A stretch of DNA of 64,000 nucleotides from Gemmatimonadota bacterium (GTDB lineage Bacteria > Gemmatimonadota > Gemmatimonadetes > Gemmatimonadales > GWC2-71-9), in NCBI GenBank assembly GCA_036679645.1, contig JAZDCY010000011.1, forward strand, positions 1 to 64,000, written 5' to 3'. Under the pieces are notes generated by a model that was not told where the DNA came from, did no database searches, and was given only the letters and a program-made list of their open reading frames with translations. Positions 8,078 to 18,229 of the stretch are shown piece by piece. The translations under genes were made by a program, and so were the position numbers. Position 1 is the stretch's first letter. Each line of letters starts with the position of its first letter.

Positions 8078-8413
8078 TTGAACATTCCCATTGTAGTGCT
8101 GATCGGTGCGGTCCTCGGTGCTTTGGCGGCAGCCGGCATCTACTTCGAGCCGCGGGAGCCATACAAGCCTCAGATCGTCGCGGCGGGTACGATACGCGGT
8201 ACGCTGGTAGCGGTGCTCACCGGTCTGTCGATGTCACCCGATAGCGGATGGCTCTCTGGACTTGGTCTCGGCGCAGTCTACGGTGCGTTGTTCGGTCTGG
8301 TGATCTACCTCGCGAAGGGTGGCTCAGCTTCCAAAGACGCACCTTTCGTCATCCCCGTGAGCGGCATTACAGGAGCTTTGAGCGGACTTCTCATAGTGTG
8401 GTTGGCGTTCTAG
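8078..8413 (+). CDS. Small membrane protein of unknown function
   Basis: 111 aa, four Gly-rich hydrophobic segments, GGAGG RBS with TTG start. Confidence 0.7.
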   Translation: MNIPIVVLIGAVLGALAAAGIYFEPREPYKPQIVAAGTIRGTLVAVLTGLSMSPDSGWLSGLGLGAVYGALFGLVIYLAKGGSASKDAPFVIPVSGITGALSGLLIVWLAF

Positions 8414-8433
8414 AGCAGATCCCGACGCATGGG

Positions 8434-8946
8434 TCAGATGTAGCGTCCAACCGCCATGGTGACGACGGCGACGATCAGTAGACCTGCCACCCACCGCCCT
8501 GCCGTGCGCGCCCTCAGGCGGAGCGTCTGAACGGTGGCCATGGTTACCTCTCGTTCGGCATCAGATGCCTGTTGCGCCTGAGCCATCAGTTTCCCGGCGC
8601 GAATGACAGACGCCCGCATCACGAAGATGCCGAGGACCGCTGCAAGGATGGCGGCGACGCCGCCTGTCGTGAGTGCCATTCCGTAGGTCGAGTGCATCCA
8701 CTCGAGCGGATGTCCGGCCGAGAGTCTCCAGAACATCACTAGACCGGACAGAATTGTAAGGATCGCCACGGCGGGCATGATGTTCAGGTAATGCCGCCTG
8801 ACCAGCCCCTGCATGACCTTCGCGCCATCGGGTCCGGCAGCCCGCACGCTGGGCTCCAGGAACAGTGCGACGAAGACCATCGTACCGGCCCAGAATACGC
8901 CCAACGTGATGTGAACGAGACGCATAGTGATCATCAACGCGTTCAT
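8434..8946 (-). CDS. Four-TM membrane protein (DUF2269/CopD-like)
   Basis: MNALMITMRLVHITLGVFWAG...; hydrophobic segments. Confidence 0.7.
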   Translation of the reverse strand: MNALMITMRLVHITLGVFWAGTMVFVALFLEPSVRAAGPDGAKVMQGLVRRHYLNIMPAVAILTILSGLVMFWRLSAGHPLEWMHSTYGMALTTGGVAAILAAVLGIFVMRASVIRAGKLMAQAQQASDAEREVTMATVQTLRLRARTAGRWVAGLLIVAVVTMAVGRYI

Positions 8947-9088
8947 GGAAATCCCCGGCATGGTTGGCGGTACGCCGAACCTACGACCATGCGTGCGATT
9001 CGCCAGGTTGCCGTCTTGCGGGCGGGGCTTGGAGATCCCCGCGTAACCAACACGAAGCACCTCCGTAGGGTTTTATTACGGAGGTCCA

Positions 9089-9964
9089 ATGAGAGATACG
9101 ATTGCCATCGTAACCGGCGCGAACGTCGGTGTTGGGTTCGCAACCGCGACAGCACTCGCTCGAGCGGGCGCGTGCGTCGTACTCGTCTGCCGGAACGCCA
9201 AGCGCGGCGCGCAGGCAACGGACCGGATCTCGAGAAAGATATCCGCCGCCAATCTTCAGGTCGCGACCGCGGAGCTTCGGTCGTTGTCCGCGGTTCGCGC
9301 GCTCGGCACGGAGCTGGCGGCGGATTATCCGAAGATCGATGTCCTGGTCAACAACGCCGGTGTGTATCGGGTGCGGCGCGAGATCACAGAAGATGGCTTC
9401 GAGCACACGTTCGCGGTGAACCACCTCTCCCATTTCCTGCTCACCCATCTCCTTACCGCATCGCTCACGCGTGCACATGGACGAGTCATCACGGTCGGCT
9501 CCGAAGCGCACCGTGGCGCCAAGCTGACACGCGCGCCGTTGGAGAGGATCATGCGCGGCGAGGTGCGCCACCGCGCCTTCCTGGCATACTCGGACTCCAA
9601 GCTGGCCAACCACCTGTTCACTGCCGAACTCGCACGGCGCCACCGCGCCAACGAGCTGGCCTCCGTGACACTCCACCCCGGAGTCCTGGCCACGCGCATC
9701 TGGAACCGAAACCTAGATCCGGTGAGCCTCTTCATGATGCTGATCAAACCGCTGCTCGGTAGGCCGTCCGTCGGTGGCAACGCCGCCGCATTCCTGGCCC
9801 AGGAACCGGCCGACCGGATCCACGGCGGGTACTACGAAAAACAGAAGCGATCCACTCCCTCTCCGTCCGCAACCGATCCGGGGCTCGCCAGAGAACTTTG
9901 GGATATCAGCTCGCGTCTCGTCGGCATTGACACAGCGAACGACGAACCGAGCGCGCACCACTAG
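9089..9964 (+). CDS. Short-chain dehydrogenase/reductase (retinol-dehydrogenase-like)
   Basis: TGANVGVG, LVNNAG, FAVNHLSHF, YSDSK, LHPG. Confidence 0.92.
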   Translation: MRDTIAIVTGANVGVGFATATALARAGACVVLVCRNAKRGAQATDRISRKISAANLQVATAELRSLSAVRALGTELAADYPKIDVLVNNAGVYRVRREITEDGFEHTFAVNHLSHFLLTHLLTASLTRAHGRVITVGSEAHRGAKLTRAPLERIMRGEVRHRAFLAYSDSKLANHLFTAELARRHRANELASVTLHPGVLATRIWNRNLDPVSLFMMLIKPLLGRPSVGGNAAAFLAQEPADRIHGGYYEKQKRSTPSPSATDPGLARELWDISSRLVGIDTANDEPSAHH

Positions 9965-9996
9965 ATTACTGGAGAGCCGCCCACAAGAACCTGCCC

Positions 9997-10818
9997 ATGA
10001 CCGTTCTCCGTGTTGCCGCCATTCAGCTCCGGTCCGCACAGGACCGGGAAGAGAACCTCACTCGGGCGTCGGCCTTGATGGAAGAGGCGGTCGGGAGCGG
10101 CGCGCAATTGATCGCCCTACCCGAGAACTTCTCGTTTCTCGCTCGGGACAGTGACAAGATCCCGGTCGCCGAGACGTTAGAGACCGGGCCGAGCGTGGAG
10201 CTGCTCCGCTCGTTCGCCGTGCGGCACAACGTCGCCATAGTCGGCGGCTCAATCCCACTCGAGACCCGAGACCCGCAGAAAGTCAGCAACACGTGTCTCG
10301 TGTTCGACGAAACGGGCGACATCAAGGCGCGCTACGACAAGATCCACATGTTCAATGTCGCGGTCGACGACACGAACACGTTTCAGGAATCGCGTTCCAT
10401 ACAAGCTGGAACCGAGATCGTCACTCTCGAGGTGTGCGGTCGTACGATGGGCGTCGCGATCTGCTACGACCTGCGGTTCCCCGAGCTGTTCCGGTCACTG
10501 GCTCTTCGGGGAGCCGACGTGATCTTCCTGCCGTCAGCGTTCACGCGCGAGACAGGGAGGCATCATTGGGAGGTGCTGCTCCGTGCACGGGCCATCGAGA
10601 ATCTCTGCTACGTCGTCGCCCCGGCGCAGTGGGGAGAACACGGCGCTGGACGCGAGAGTTTTGGACATACGATGATCGTGGGACCATGGGGAGACGTGCT
10701 CGCAGTGCGCCCCGAAGGGGAGGGTGTGATTGTCCACGATCTCGACTTCGACACGGTGGCCAGTGCGAGACGACGGCTTCCCAGCCTGTCGCACATCCGG
10801 TTGCCATCCATCGGGTGA
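9997..10818 (+). CDS. Carbon-nitrogen hydrolase (Nit1/deaminated glutathione amidase-like)
   Basis: LPENF, YDKIHMF, ICYDLRFPE, RARAIEN. Confidence 0.92.
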   Translation: MTVLRVAAIQLRSAQDREENLTRASALMEEAVGSGAQLIALPENFSFLARDSDKIPVAETLETGPSVELLRSFAVRHNVAIVGGSIPLETRDPQKVSNTCLVFDETGDIKARYDKIHMFNVAVDDTNTFQESRSIQAGTEIVTLEVCGRTMGVAICYDLRFPELFRSLALRGADVIFLPSAFTRETGRHHWEVLLRARAIENLCYVVAPAQWGEHGAGRESFGHTMIVGPWGDVLAVRPEGEGVIVHDLDFDTVASARRRLPSLSHIRLPSIG

Positions 10819-10831
10819 TAGGAGGAGGCAC

Positions 10832-11359
10832 ATGCGATCCACTCTCTCGGCGGTTCTTCTCGTCCTTGGTGCTACCCCACTCGGCGCGAGCCTGGCGGCT
10901 CAGCAACCGTCACGCGCCACGCTACTGTCCGCCGCACGAGAAGTCATGACTTCCGTACGCTACGCCGCACTCGTCACGCTGGACGATACCGGACACCCTC
11001 GAGTGCGCACGATGGAGCCGTTCGCCCCCGACGAGTACATGGTGATCTGGCTCGGCACGAACCGGCGGACACGCAAGGTGGAGCAGATCGCCAACGATGC
11101 ACGCGTCACGCTCTACTATCCGGCCCCGAACGGCAGCGGTTACGTCTCGATCTACGGCACGGCGCGACTAGTCGACGACCCGGCAGAAAAAGCAAGGCAC
11201 TGGAACCCGTCGTGGGACCAATTCTATCCCGACCGCGATGAGACCTACCTCCTCATTCAGGTGACGCCCCGGCGATTGGAGATCGTGAGTTACCCTCACG
11301 ATCTGGTCGGCGATCCGAACACATGGACTCCGTTCTACGTGGATTTCCCCGACCCATAG
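10832..11359 (+). CDS. Exported pyridoxamine-5'-phosphate-oxidase-like (general stress protein 26) FMN-binding protein
   Basis: Signal peptide; GHPRVRTM...IWLGTNRRTRKVEQI...GYVSIYG. Confidence 0.8.
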   Translation: MRSTLSAVLLVLGATPLGASLAAQQPSRATLLSAAREVMTSVRYAALVTLDDTGHPRVRTMEPFAPDEYMVIWLGTNRRTRKVEQIANDARVTLYYPAPNGSGYVSIYGTARLVDDPAEKARHWNPSWDQFYPDRDETYLLIQVTPRRLEIVSYPHDLVGDPNTWTPFYVDFPDP

Positions 11360-11381
11360 CACGAACGTGGCCCCAGCGAAG

Positions 11382-11413
11382 CGCCCCCTCTCCAAGAATT
11401 TGAAGAGGGGGCG
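11382..11413. terminator. Hairpin between convergent genes
   Basis: CGCCCCCTCT-12nt-AGAGGGGGCG, 10-bp stem. Confidence 0.55.
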
Positions 11414-11436
11414 TAGTCCATTGCATGTGGTCACGG

Positions 11437-11952
11437 TTACCGGCCGCGCCTACGCCGGTTGCGACGTCGATCGCGATCGCGGTCGTAGTCGCGACCACGG
11501 TCACTGTGACGATCGCGCTCCAAGTCGCGGTCGTGCCGCTGCCGTGCGACCCTTTCCGCTCGGGAGCGCACCAGACGATACAGCCCGCGCCGGAACTCTC
11601 GGTGCGTGAAACCCACGGCCTCGTGCCACCGCCAGTGCCCTCGGGACAGCACAGTGCCGTGACGCAGTCCGCGGAGCAGTCGGTCGTGCTCGCGCTCGAG
11701 CTGTCGTAGATAGAACGGATGGCGCAGAGCATAGGCCCGGTGCCGTCGCCCGTCGCGCATGATCCAGCGCCAGCGATGCCCGTCGTAGACTCGCACACGA
11801 CGCCGGTAAGGTCGAGCATAGGTCACCCCGACTCTGAGGTTATCCGAGACGCGGATCGATGCGCCGATCGCCACCGACTGGGCCGATGCCGGAGCCAGCG
11901 AGCCGGCCACCAGGAACAGTCCCGCCACTGCGCTCACCATTACTCGGGTCAT
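11437..11952 (-). CDS. Secreted Arg/Asp-rich protein of unknown function
   Basis: AAGGAGG RBS, signal peptide (..PASA/Q), low-complexity DR/RR C-terminus. Confidence 0.65.
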   Translation of the reverse strand: MTRVMVSAVAGLFLVAGSLAPASAQSVAIGASIRVSDNLRVGVTYARPYRRRVRVYDGHRWRWIMRDGRRHRAYALRHPFYLRQLEREHDRLLRGLRHGTVLSRGHWRWHEAVGFTHREFRRGLYRLVRSRAERVARQRHDRDLERDRHSDRGRDYDRDRDRRRNRRRRGR

Positions 11953-12138
11953 GTCTGCCTCCTTGTGAGGGCCGAGAACTCGACCGCACCCTCTCCTAAG
12001 GCAGCGCACGTGCCATTGGCGTAATCTAGTGCTAACAAACGAGTTACCTTGCAACACCGTACTCGCGAACCCCGGAAAACGTCCTCTTTTGAGGACGTTT
12101 CTGATCGCGCTCCGGCGGGAATACTGTGAGCGGAGCCG

Positions 12139-13458
12139 ATGAAAACGCGTCACCTTACCCACGTGAGTTTCGAGAGCACTGCGGGTCGGTCACCGCCGGT
12201 CGACTTCGCCACCGCACTCTTCACGGGTCTTGCACCGGATGGCGGATTGTACATGCCCCGCGTGCTGGAGCGGTTGGACCGTGACGCTACTTCGCGCTTC
12301 CGCGACATGACCCTGGCGGAGACTACGGCGTTCGTGTTGCGCCAGATTCTCGCGGACGAGCTACCGAAGGGCGTGCTCCAGGGAATTGCGGAGAGAGCGC
12401 TGGATTTCGACGCTCCGCTCGTCCGGCTCGACGATCGGACGTTCGTGCTGGAACTCTTTCACGGACCGACATTGGCGTTCAAGGACGTGGGCGCGCGTTG
12501 CATGGCGCAATGCATTGCCCACTTCCGCCAGCATGCCGATAGAGACCTGACAATCCTTGTCGCGACATCGGGTGATACCGGCGGCGCCGTCGCGCACGCA
12601 TTCCATAACACGCCCCGTACGCGTGTCGTCGTGCTTTTTCCCAGCGGAAGAGTGAGCGCGCGCCAGGCACAGCAGTTCACGACGTTGAGTGGCAACGTTA
12701 CAGCAGCGGCGGTGAACGGCACGTTCGACGACTGCCAGCGATTGGTCAAGGAGATGTTCGCGGATGAAGCGTTGCGGGACGCGGTACCGCTTACATCGGC
12801 TAACTCGATCAACGTCGGACGCCTTCTGCCGCAGGTTGCCTACTACTTCCACGCCTGGGGTCAACTCCCTCACGACGATCGCCCCGTGATCGTCAGCGTG
12901 CCCTCCGGTAACCTGGGCAACCTGGCGGCGGGATTGATGGCCAAGCGGGTCGGCCTTCCCGTCGATCGCTTCATCGGGGCCACGAACGCGAACCGACTCC
13001 TGCCGGACTATCTCGAGCGAGGCGACAATACTCCACGTCCGGCCGTTCACACAATCTCGAACGCAATGGATGTGGGAGATCCAAGCAACTTGTCCCGGAT
13101 TATCCACCTCTACGACGGAGATCGCGACCGTCTCCGCGGTGACCTCAGCGCCGCCTCCTTCACTGACGACGATACCCGAAGCGCTATCCGCAGTGTGTTC
13201 GAGAAACATGGCTACGTTTTGGATCCGCACTCAGCAGTGGGGTATCTTGCACTCCAACGTGAACTGCAACGCGACCCGGACGCCGTCGGCGTCGTGCTGG
13301 CCACCGCCCATCCCGCTAAGTTCGCGGAGACTATCGAACCCATAATCGGCGAAGCGATAGCGAGCCCCGATCGACTCGCTGCATGTCTGACACGTGAAGC
13401 CACTGTGACGCCGCTCGAGCCACGACTCGCCGAGCTACGGCGTCTACTGACCGGCTAG
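12139..13458 (+). CDS. thrC: Threonine synthase
   Basis: GLAPDGGLYMP, ELFHGPTLAFKD, ATSGDTG, SANSINVGR, VPSGNLGN, TAHPAKF. Confidence 0.95.
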   Translation: MKTRHLTHVSFESTAGRSPPVDFATALFTGLAPDGGLYMPRVLERLDRDATSRFRDMTLAETTAFVLRQILADELPKGVLQGIAERALDFDAPLVRLDDRTFVLELFHGPTLAFKDVGARCMAQCIAHFRQHADRDLTILVATSGDTGGAVAHAFHNTPRTRVVVLFPSGRVSARQAQQFTTLSGNVTAAAVNGTFDDCQRLVKEMFADEALRDAVPLTSANSINVGRLLPQVAYYFHAWGQLPHDDRPVIVSVPSGNLGNLAAGLMAKRVGLPVDRFIGATNANRLLPDYLERGDNTPRPAVHTISNAMDVGDPSNLSRIIHLYDGDRDRLRGDLSAASFTDDDTRSAIRSVFEKHGYVLDPHSAVGYLALQRELQRDPDAVGVVLATAHPAKFAETIEPIIGEAIASPDRLAACLTREATVTPLEPRLAELRRLLTG

Positions 13459-13613
13459 TCCTCGGAGCAAGACGAGAGCGAGGGCGTACTGCATAACGGA
13501 TGTCGCCCATTACGTCGCGTGTAGCATCGACGGTTACATCGCCACACCAGACGGTGGCGCCCATAGTTAGATTTCTGAACCCGGCTGCCGCACCCACACT
13601 GGAGAGCTATCTG

Positions 13614-14936
13614 ATGGGCGAGATCACGGTTCCCACCGATCGGGTATTCCCGATCCTGCGTGAGAATATTCTGGTTGATGGCTTTCACATCGTCATCGAC
13701 CTCGAGCAGTCCCACGGTTGTTACATGGTCGACGCACTAGAGGGCAAGGAGTATCTCGACTGCTACTCCTCGTTCTCCACTTTGCCTATCGGTCACAACC
13801 ATCCAAAGCTGGCCGATCCCGACTTCCGCAAGTCCCTCATGCGGGCGGCCGTCAACAACCCGGCGAACAGCGACGTGTACTCGAGAGAGTACGCGGCGTT
13901 CGTGGAGATCTTCCGCGCGCATGCGGTTCCGGAGCCGTTCCAGCACCTCTTCTTCGTTGCGGGCGGATCGGTCGCCGTTGAGAATGCGATGAAGGCGGCG
14001 TTCGACTGGAAGGCGCAGCAGAACCGTGCACGAGGCGTCACCGGTGGCGGGGACAAGATCCTCCATTTCCGCCACGCCTTTCACGGCCGGACTGGGTACA
14101 CGCTATCGGTCACGAACACGGACCCGGCGAAGACCGCCGATTTCCCCCAGTTCACCTGGCCCCGAATCTCGAGCCCAGTCGTGGACTTTCCCATAAACGA
14201 GAGGGAAGTCGCGGCGGCGGAGTCGCGTGCCTGCGACGAGATCGTGGCGGCGTTCACGCAGGACGCAAATGGAATTGCGGCGATCCTGATCGAGCCAATC
14301 CAGTGTGAGGGCGGTGACCGGCATCTGCGCGCGGAGTTTCTGCAACGTCTGCGATCCTACGCCGATGAGTACGAGGCGTTACTAATCTTCGACGAGGTGC
14401 AAACCGGATTTGGGACGACCGGGAGCATGTGGGCCTTCCAGCAGCTGGGGATGGTGCCCGACATCGTGGTGTTCGGCAAGAAGACGCAAGTTTGCGGAAT
14501 CATGAGTACGGGCAGGATCGACAATGTCGAGGGCAACGTGTTCAAGGTCTCGTCTCGCATCAACTCCACGTGGGGCGGCAACCTCGTCGACATGGTGCGT
14601 GGGGCACGTTGCCTTCAGATCATGGTGGAGGACAATCTCGTGGAGAATGCGGCTCGTGTCGGCGCACGTTTCCTTAGCGGGCTCGAAGACCTTGCCGGCA
14701 GGGTGCCTGACGTTACCAACCCGCGCGGTCGTGGATTCATGCTGGCGTTCGACATGCCCGATACCGCGGCACGAGATGCGGTCAGGCTCGAGCTGTGGGA
14801 AGCTGGACTTGCGGCTCTTGCATGTGGTCCCCGGACCGTGCGGTTCAGGCCGGCACTCGTCTTTGGCAACGCCGAGGTGGATCGTGCTCTGGAAGTGTTG
14901 CACGACGTATTGACGAGTCGGGCCGCGACGGTCTGA
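13614..14936 (+). CDS. lat: L-lysine 6-transaminase (class III aminotransferase)
   Basis: ILVDGFHIVIDL, PANSDVY, VENAMKAAFDWK, FDEVQTG, FGKKTQVCG, SRINSTWGGNLVDM. Confidence 0.9.
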   Translation: MGEITVPTDRVFPILRENILVDGFHIVIDLEQSHGCYMVDALEGKEYLDCYSSFSTLPIGHNHPKLADPDFRKSLMRAAVNNPANSDVYSREYAAFVEIFRAHAVPEPFQHLFFVAGGSVAVENAMKAAFDWKAQQNRARGVTGGGDKILHFRHAFHGRTGYTLSVTNTDPAKTADFPQFTWPRISSPVVDFPINEREVAAAESRACDEIVAAFTQDANGIAAILIEPIQCEGGDRHLRAEFLQRLRSYADEYEALLIFDEVQTGFGTTGSMWAFQQLGMVPDIVVFGKKTQVCGIMSTGRIDNVEGNVFKVSSRINSTWGGNLVDMVRGARCLQIMVEDNLVENAARVGARFLSGLEDLAGRVPDVTNPRGRGFMLAFDMPDTAARDAVRLELWEAGLAALACGPRTVRFRPALVFGNAEVDRALEVLHDVLTSRAATV

Positions 14937-14968
14937 AGGGCAACTCACAGCCGCGTACTGGAGGCGCC

Positions 14969-15244
14969 ATGTGCAGGAATATTCGAACGCTCTTCAATTT
15001 CGACCCGCCGGCCGACGACGACGAGATCCGTGCCTCGGCGCTTCAGTTCGTGCGCAAGCTGAGCGGGTTCACGAAACCGTCCCAGGCAAACCAGGCTGCC
15101 TTCGAGTTGGCCGCCGAGGAAGTCTCTAAGTCCGCGCGCACACTGGTGGATTCACTCGTCACCAATGCTGCACCCAAGAACCGGGAGGTCGAGGCCGCCA
15201 AGGCAAGTGCCCGAGCAGCCCAACGTTTCGCCCGCAGTGGATAA
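14969..15244 (+). CDS. DUF2277 family protein
   Basis: MCRNIRTLFNFDPPADDDEIRASALQFVRKLSG. Confidence 0.9.
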   Translation: MCRNIRTLFNFDPPADDDEIRASALQFVRKLSGFTKPSQANQAAFELAAEEVSKSARTLVDSLVTNAAPKNREVEAAKASARAAQRFARSG

Positions 15245-15250
15245 TCCACG

Positions 15251-16131
15251 CTAGATGGTGTGGATGACCGACGCAGAGCGTATCGTGACCCCTGCAACCA
15301 ACCCCAACCGGCCAAATCCGGCTGTCGCCGCGGCATCCGCATTCATGCAGTCGGGCGCGCTCACCGTGAGACTCCGCATGGCACTGCGACGCGGCTCCCC
15401 TGTCGTTGGGTCCAACAGGTGATGGTAGCGGCGGCCGTGATACTGGAAGTACCGCAGGTAGTCTCCCGACGTAGCGACGGCCAAATCTTCCACATCAACA
15501 GTGGCGAGCGTTCGATCCAGGTTATCCGGCGATCGGATCCCAATACGCCACGGGTTGCCGTCTTCTGACCTGCCCATTGCGTAGAGATCTCCGCCCACGT
15601 TCACGATTGCATGCGCAATGCCCCATTGCCGCAGCACGCGTACTGCCTCGTCCACTCCGTACCCCTTCCCCCCGCCAATTGACGTACCGCAATCACCTCC
15701 GGCGGCGCGGTGCGCTGCCCCGGATCCCACAACTCCATCGCCTGGCCTAGACATGGGTCGAACGCGCCGTCGGTCGCGCTTGCCCAGTCGAGCGCCGCGT
15801 GGAGGACGTGCGCGGTAACCCGCGATACCGTAACCGCATCATCCGCGGCCAAACGATTGGCCCGGCCAACATCCGATTGGTCGTTGAACCGGGTAAGCAC
15901 TACTTCCACATGCCGCAACCGCTGCAACGCCGCTTCAACCGCTCCTTGCGCGTATGCGGCGTCACGATGCACGACTGCGACCTCGGCGATCGTCCCCATG
16001 GCGGGGACGGAACGTCGCACGAGGTGACGCCTGTTCCGGAGGAACGGGACGGTTGCGACCGCGAACGCGCCGGCGCCCAGTGCAATGAACTCCCGGCGAC
16101 TCGTGTTCGATTGATAGTTGTCATTCCGCAT
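15251..16131 (-). pseudogene. apbE: ApbE/RnfF FAD:protein FMN transferase with Tat signal, broken by deletion/frameshift near 15668
   Basis: SRREFI Tat motif, AMGT, TDGAFDP in one frame; GKGYGVD, NVGGD, WRIGI, ATSGDY, RYHHLLDP in another; the DLGGI segment is missing. Confidence 0.85.
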
Positions 16132-16306
16132 GGTGATACTCCACCTCGCCTAGACGATGCCCATCTCTTTCGCAGACATCCGAGCAGTGACACCCCAGGC
16201 ACGCTCTGGACTGCTCGTCTCTTTCTGTCTTCCGACTTCCCTGCAACGCCCCAAAAATCGCAAAGAGGAGCGCTGTTCCAGCGATCCCACTGATAACCTG
16301 GATCAT
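16121..16306 (-). CDS. Small membrane-anchored Cys-rich protein
   Basis: 61 aa, N-terminal TM, CLGCHCSDVC; overlaps the rnfA stop and the apbE start. Confidence 0.6.
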   Translation of the reverse strand: MIQVISGIAGTALLFAIFGALQGSRKTERDEQSRACLGCHCSDVCERDGHRLGEVEYHHAE

Positions 16307-16881
16307 GCGCCGCTCAACATGCCCGCAAAGCCCATGAAAGCCATCGACAGCGCACCGGCAACGATCAGTATCAGCCCCATGCCTCGCGCGACGTCGGGTA
16401 CGTCGGCAAGCTCCATACGCTCGCGGATCGACGCCATCAGCACGAGAGCGAGCGTGAGCCCCAGGCCGGCACCGACAGCGAAGAACAGTCCCTCGACGAA
16501 CCCATATCCGCGGTTCGTCTGGAAGAGCGCGAGGCCGAGGATAGCACAGTTGGTGGTGATCAACGGCAGGAAGATGCCGAGTTGGCGGAACAGGGTAGGG
16601 CTCAGTTTCTTCACCGCCATCTCGACGATCTGGACCAGCGACGCGATCACGACGATAAACGAAATCAGACGCAGGTACGGCGCATACGGCAAGACAAAGG
16701 CGTTCAGGAACGACACCGCGACCGATGTCATGGTCAGAACGAAGATGTTAGCGAGGCCCATCCGCAGCGCGGTCTCCACTTTCCCGGAGACCCCCAAGAA
16801 CGGGCACAACCCCAGGAAGAGCGCCAGCGTGAAGTTGTTCACGACGGCGGCGGAGACGAGAATCCAAACCAGGTCGCCCAT
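16303..16881 (-). CDS. rnfA: Rnf complex subunit A
   Basis: NNFTLALFLGLCPFLGVS, LGIFLPLITTNCAILG, FMGFAG. Confidence 0.95.
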   Translation of the reverse strand: MGDLVWILVSAAVVNNFTLALFLGLCPFLGVSGKVETALRMGLANIFVLTMTSVAVSFLNAFVLPYAPYLRLISFIVVIASLVQIVEMAVKKLSPTLFRQLGIFLPLITTNCAILGLALFQTNRGYGFVEGLFFAVGAGLGLTLALVLMASIRERMELADVPDVARGMGLILIVAGALSMAFMGFAGMLSGA

Positions 16882-17546
16882 TACGCCGCCTTCCTCGACG
16901 CTGCCGCGCCAACGCCTCGAGGCCAGTCCCGAACCGTCACCCTCTCTTGCGCGCGGCGCTGAATCCAGCCCAACACCAACAGGATCATCCCCAGCGTCAG
17001 AAACCCACCCGGCGGAAGGACCATGATGACCCACGGCTCGAAATTCTGACCGAACACACTGTAACCGAGAAAGGTCCCGTTACCCAGCACTTCACGCACG
17101 CTTCCCATGAGGAGCAAAGCAATGGAGAAGCCCAGTCCGGTACCCAGGGCGTCCAGCAAGGACCGGCTAACGGGACGCTTGGACGCAAAGGCTTCCTGCC
17201 GGCCCAGAATCATGCAGTTCACTACAATCAGCGCCACGAACGCGCCAAGCTCCTTGTGGATCTCCGGCGCGATCGCTTGCAGCGACATATCGGCGACGGT
17301 GACGAACGTGGCGATGACGAGGATGTACGTCGAGATCCGGACGTCGTGGGGAACCCAGCGCTTGAATGCCGAAACCAGCATGCTCGAGCCGAGCAACACG
17401 AAGATCGTGGCCGCGGACATGGCGATGCTGTTTGCGACCGAGTTCGTGACGGCGAGGGCCGGACACAGACCCAGGAGTTGAATCAACACCGGATTCTCGC
17501 GCCACACACCACGAGTGAAAGCCTGCAACGGCGTTCTCGCCCTCAT
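16881..17546 (-). CDS. rnfE: Rnf complex subunit E
   Basis: ENPVLIQLLGLCPALAVT, LIVVNCMILGR, LPPGGF. Confidence 0.95.
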   Translation of the reverse strand: MRARTPLQAFTRGVWRENPVLIQLLGLCPALAVTNSVANSIAMSAATIFVLLGSSMLVSAFKRWVPHDVRISTYILVIATFVTVADMSLQAIAPEIHKELGAFVALIVVNCMILGRQEAFASKRPVSRSLLDALGTGLGFSIALLLMGSVREVLGNGTFLGYSVFGQNFEPWVIMVLPPGGFLTLGMILLVLGWIQRRAQERVTVRDWPRGVGAAASRKAA

Positions 17547-18229
17547 CGATCCCTTCCACCATCTGCTAGGTACGCCTCCATCAGGGGTGCCAACCGCTCG
17601 AGCGACAGGTTGATCGCGGCGATCACCGTGCGAGACGAGATCGTCGCACCGGTGATCATGTCGACGGCCCCTGGCGCGGTGGGGTCTTCTTTACGCCCAC
17701 TCTTGAGCCCGGTGATCGGTGTCTCAACACCGGTGAACCCCGCGACGAACGCGGAGTCCTTGATGATCTTGTCACCCAATCCTGGCGTTTCCCGGCTCTC
17801 GAGCACGAGCATCCCCAACACGCGGTGCGAGCGCGGGTCATATCCGTAGATGAGGCGCACGACGTCTTGGAATCCCGGCTTCGCCGCGACGACCGCAAAG
17901 CCAACCGGCCGCTCATCGCGATAACCCAGATAGACATGTTCCGCGGTCGCAGGATCAGCGCCGTTTGGAAGATCGGATACCAGGTTCCCATCGACCACGA
18001 AGAGCGTGTCGTAGTGTTCGGGAGCGGCCAGGACTTCCTCGATGGCAGCGGCGAGAACCTTTGCCTTGTATGCCAAGATGCGCGGCTGCGTGGCGCCGAA
18101 CACGAAGACGATGAGAAAACCCGCCACCGCCCCCGCACCACCGAGCGTCGCGACCAATCGCCACGGCGAGACCGACAGCGGAATCGACTGACCGTCCGCG
18201 CTCGTCACCGCGTTCTTGGTGGCGTTCAT
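17543..18229 (-). CDS. rnfG: Rnf complex subunit G
   Basis: N-terminal TM, ETPGLG, ITGATISS FMN-attachment motif. Confidence 0.92.
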   Translation of the reverse strand: MNATKNAVTSADGQSIPLSVSPWRLVATLGGAGAVAGFLIVFVFGATQPRILAYKAKVLAAAIEEVLAAPEHYDTLFVVDGNLVSDLPNGADPATAEHVYLGYRDERPVGFAVVAAKPGFQDVVRLIYGYDPRSHRVLGMLVLESRETPGLGDKIIKDSAFVAGFTGVETPITGLKSGRKEDPTAPGAVDMITGATISSRTVIAAINLSLERLAPLMEAYLADGGRDR

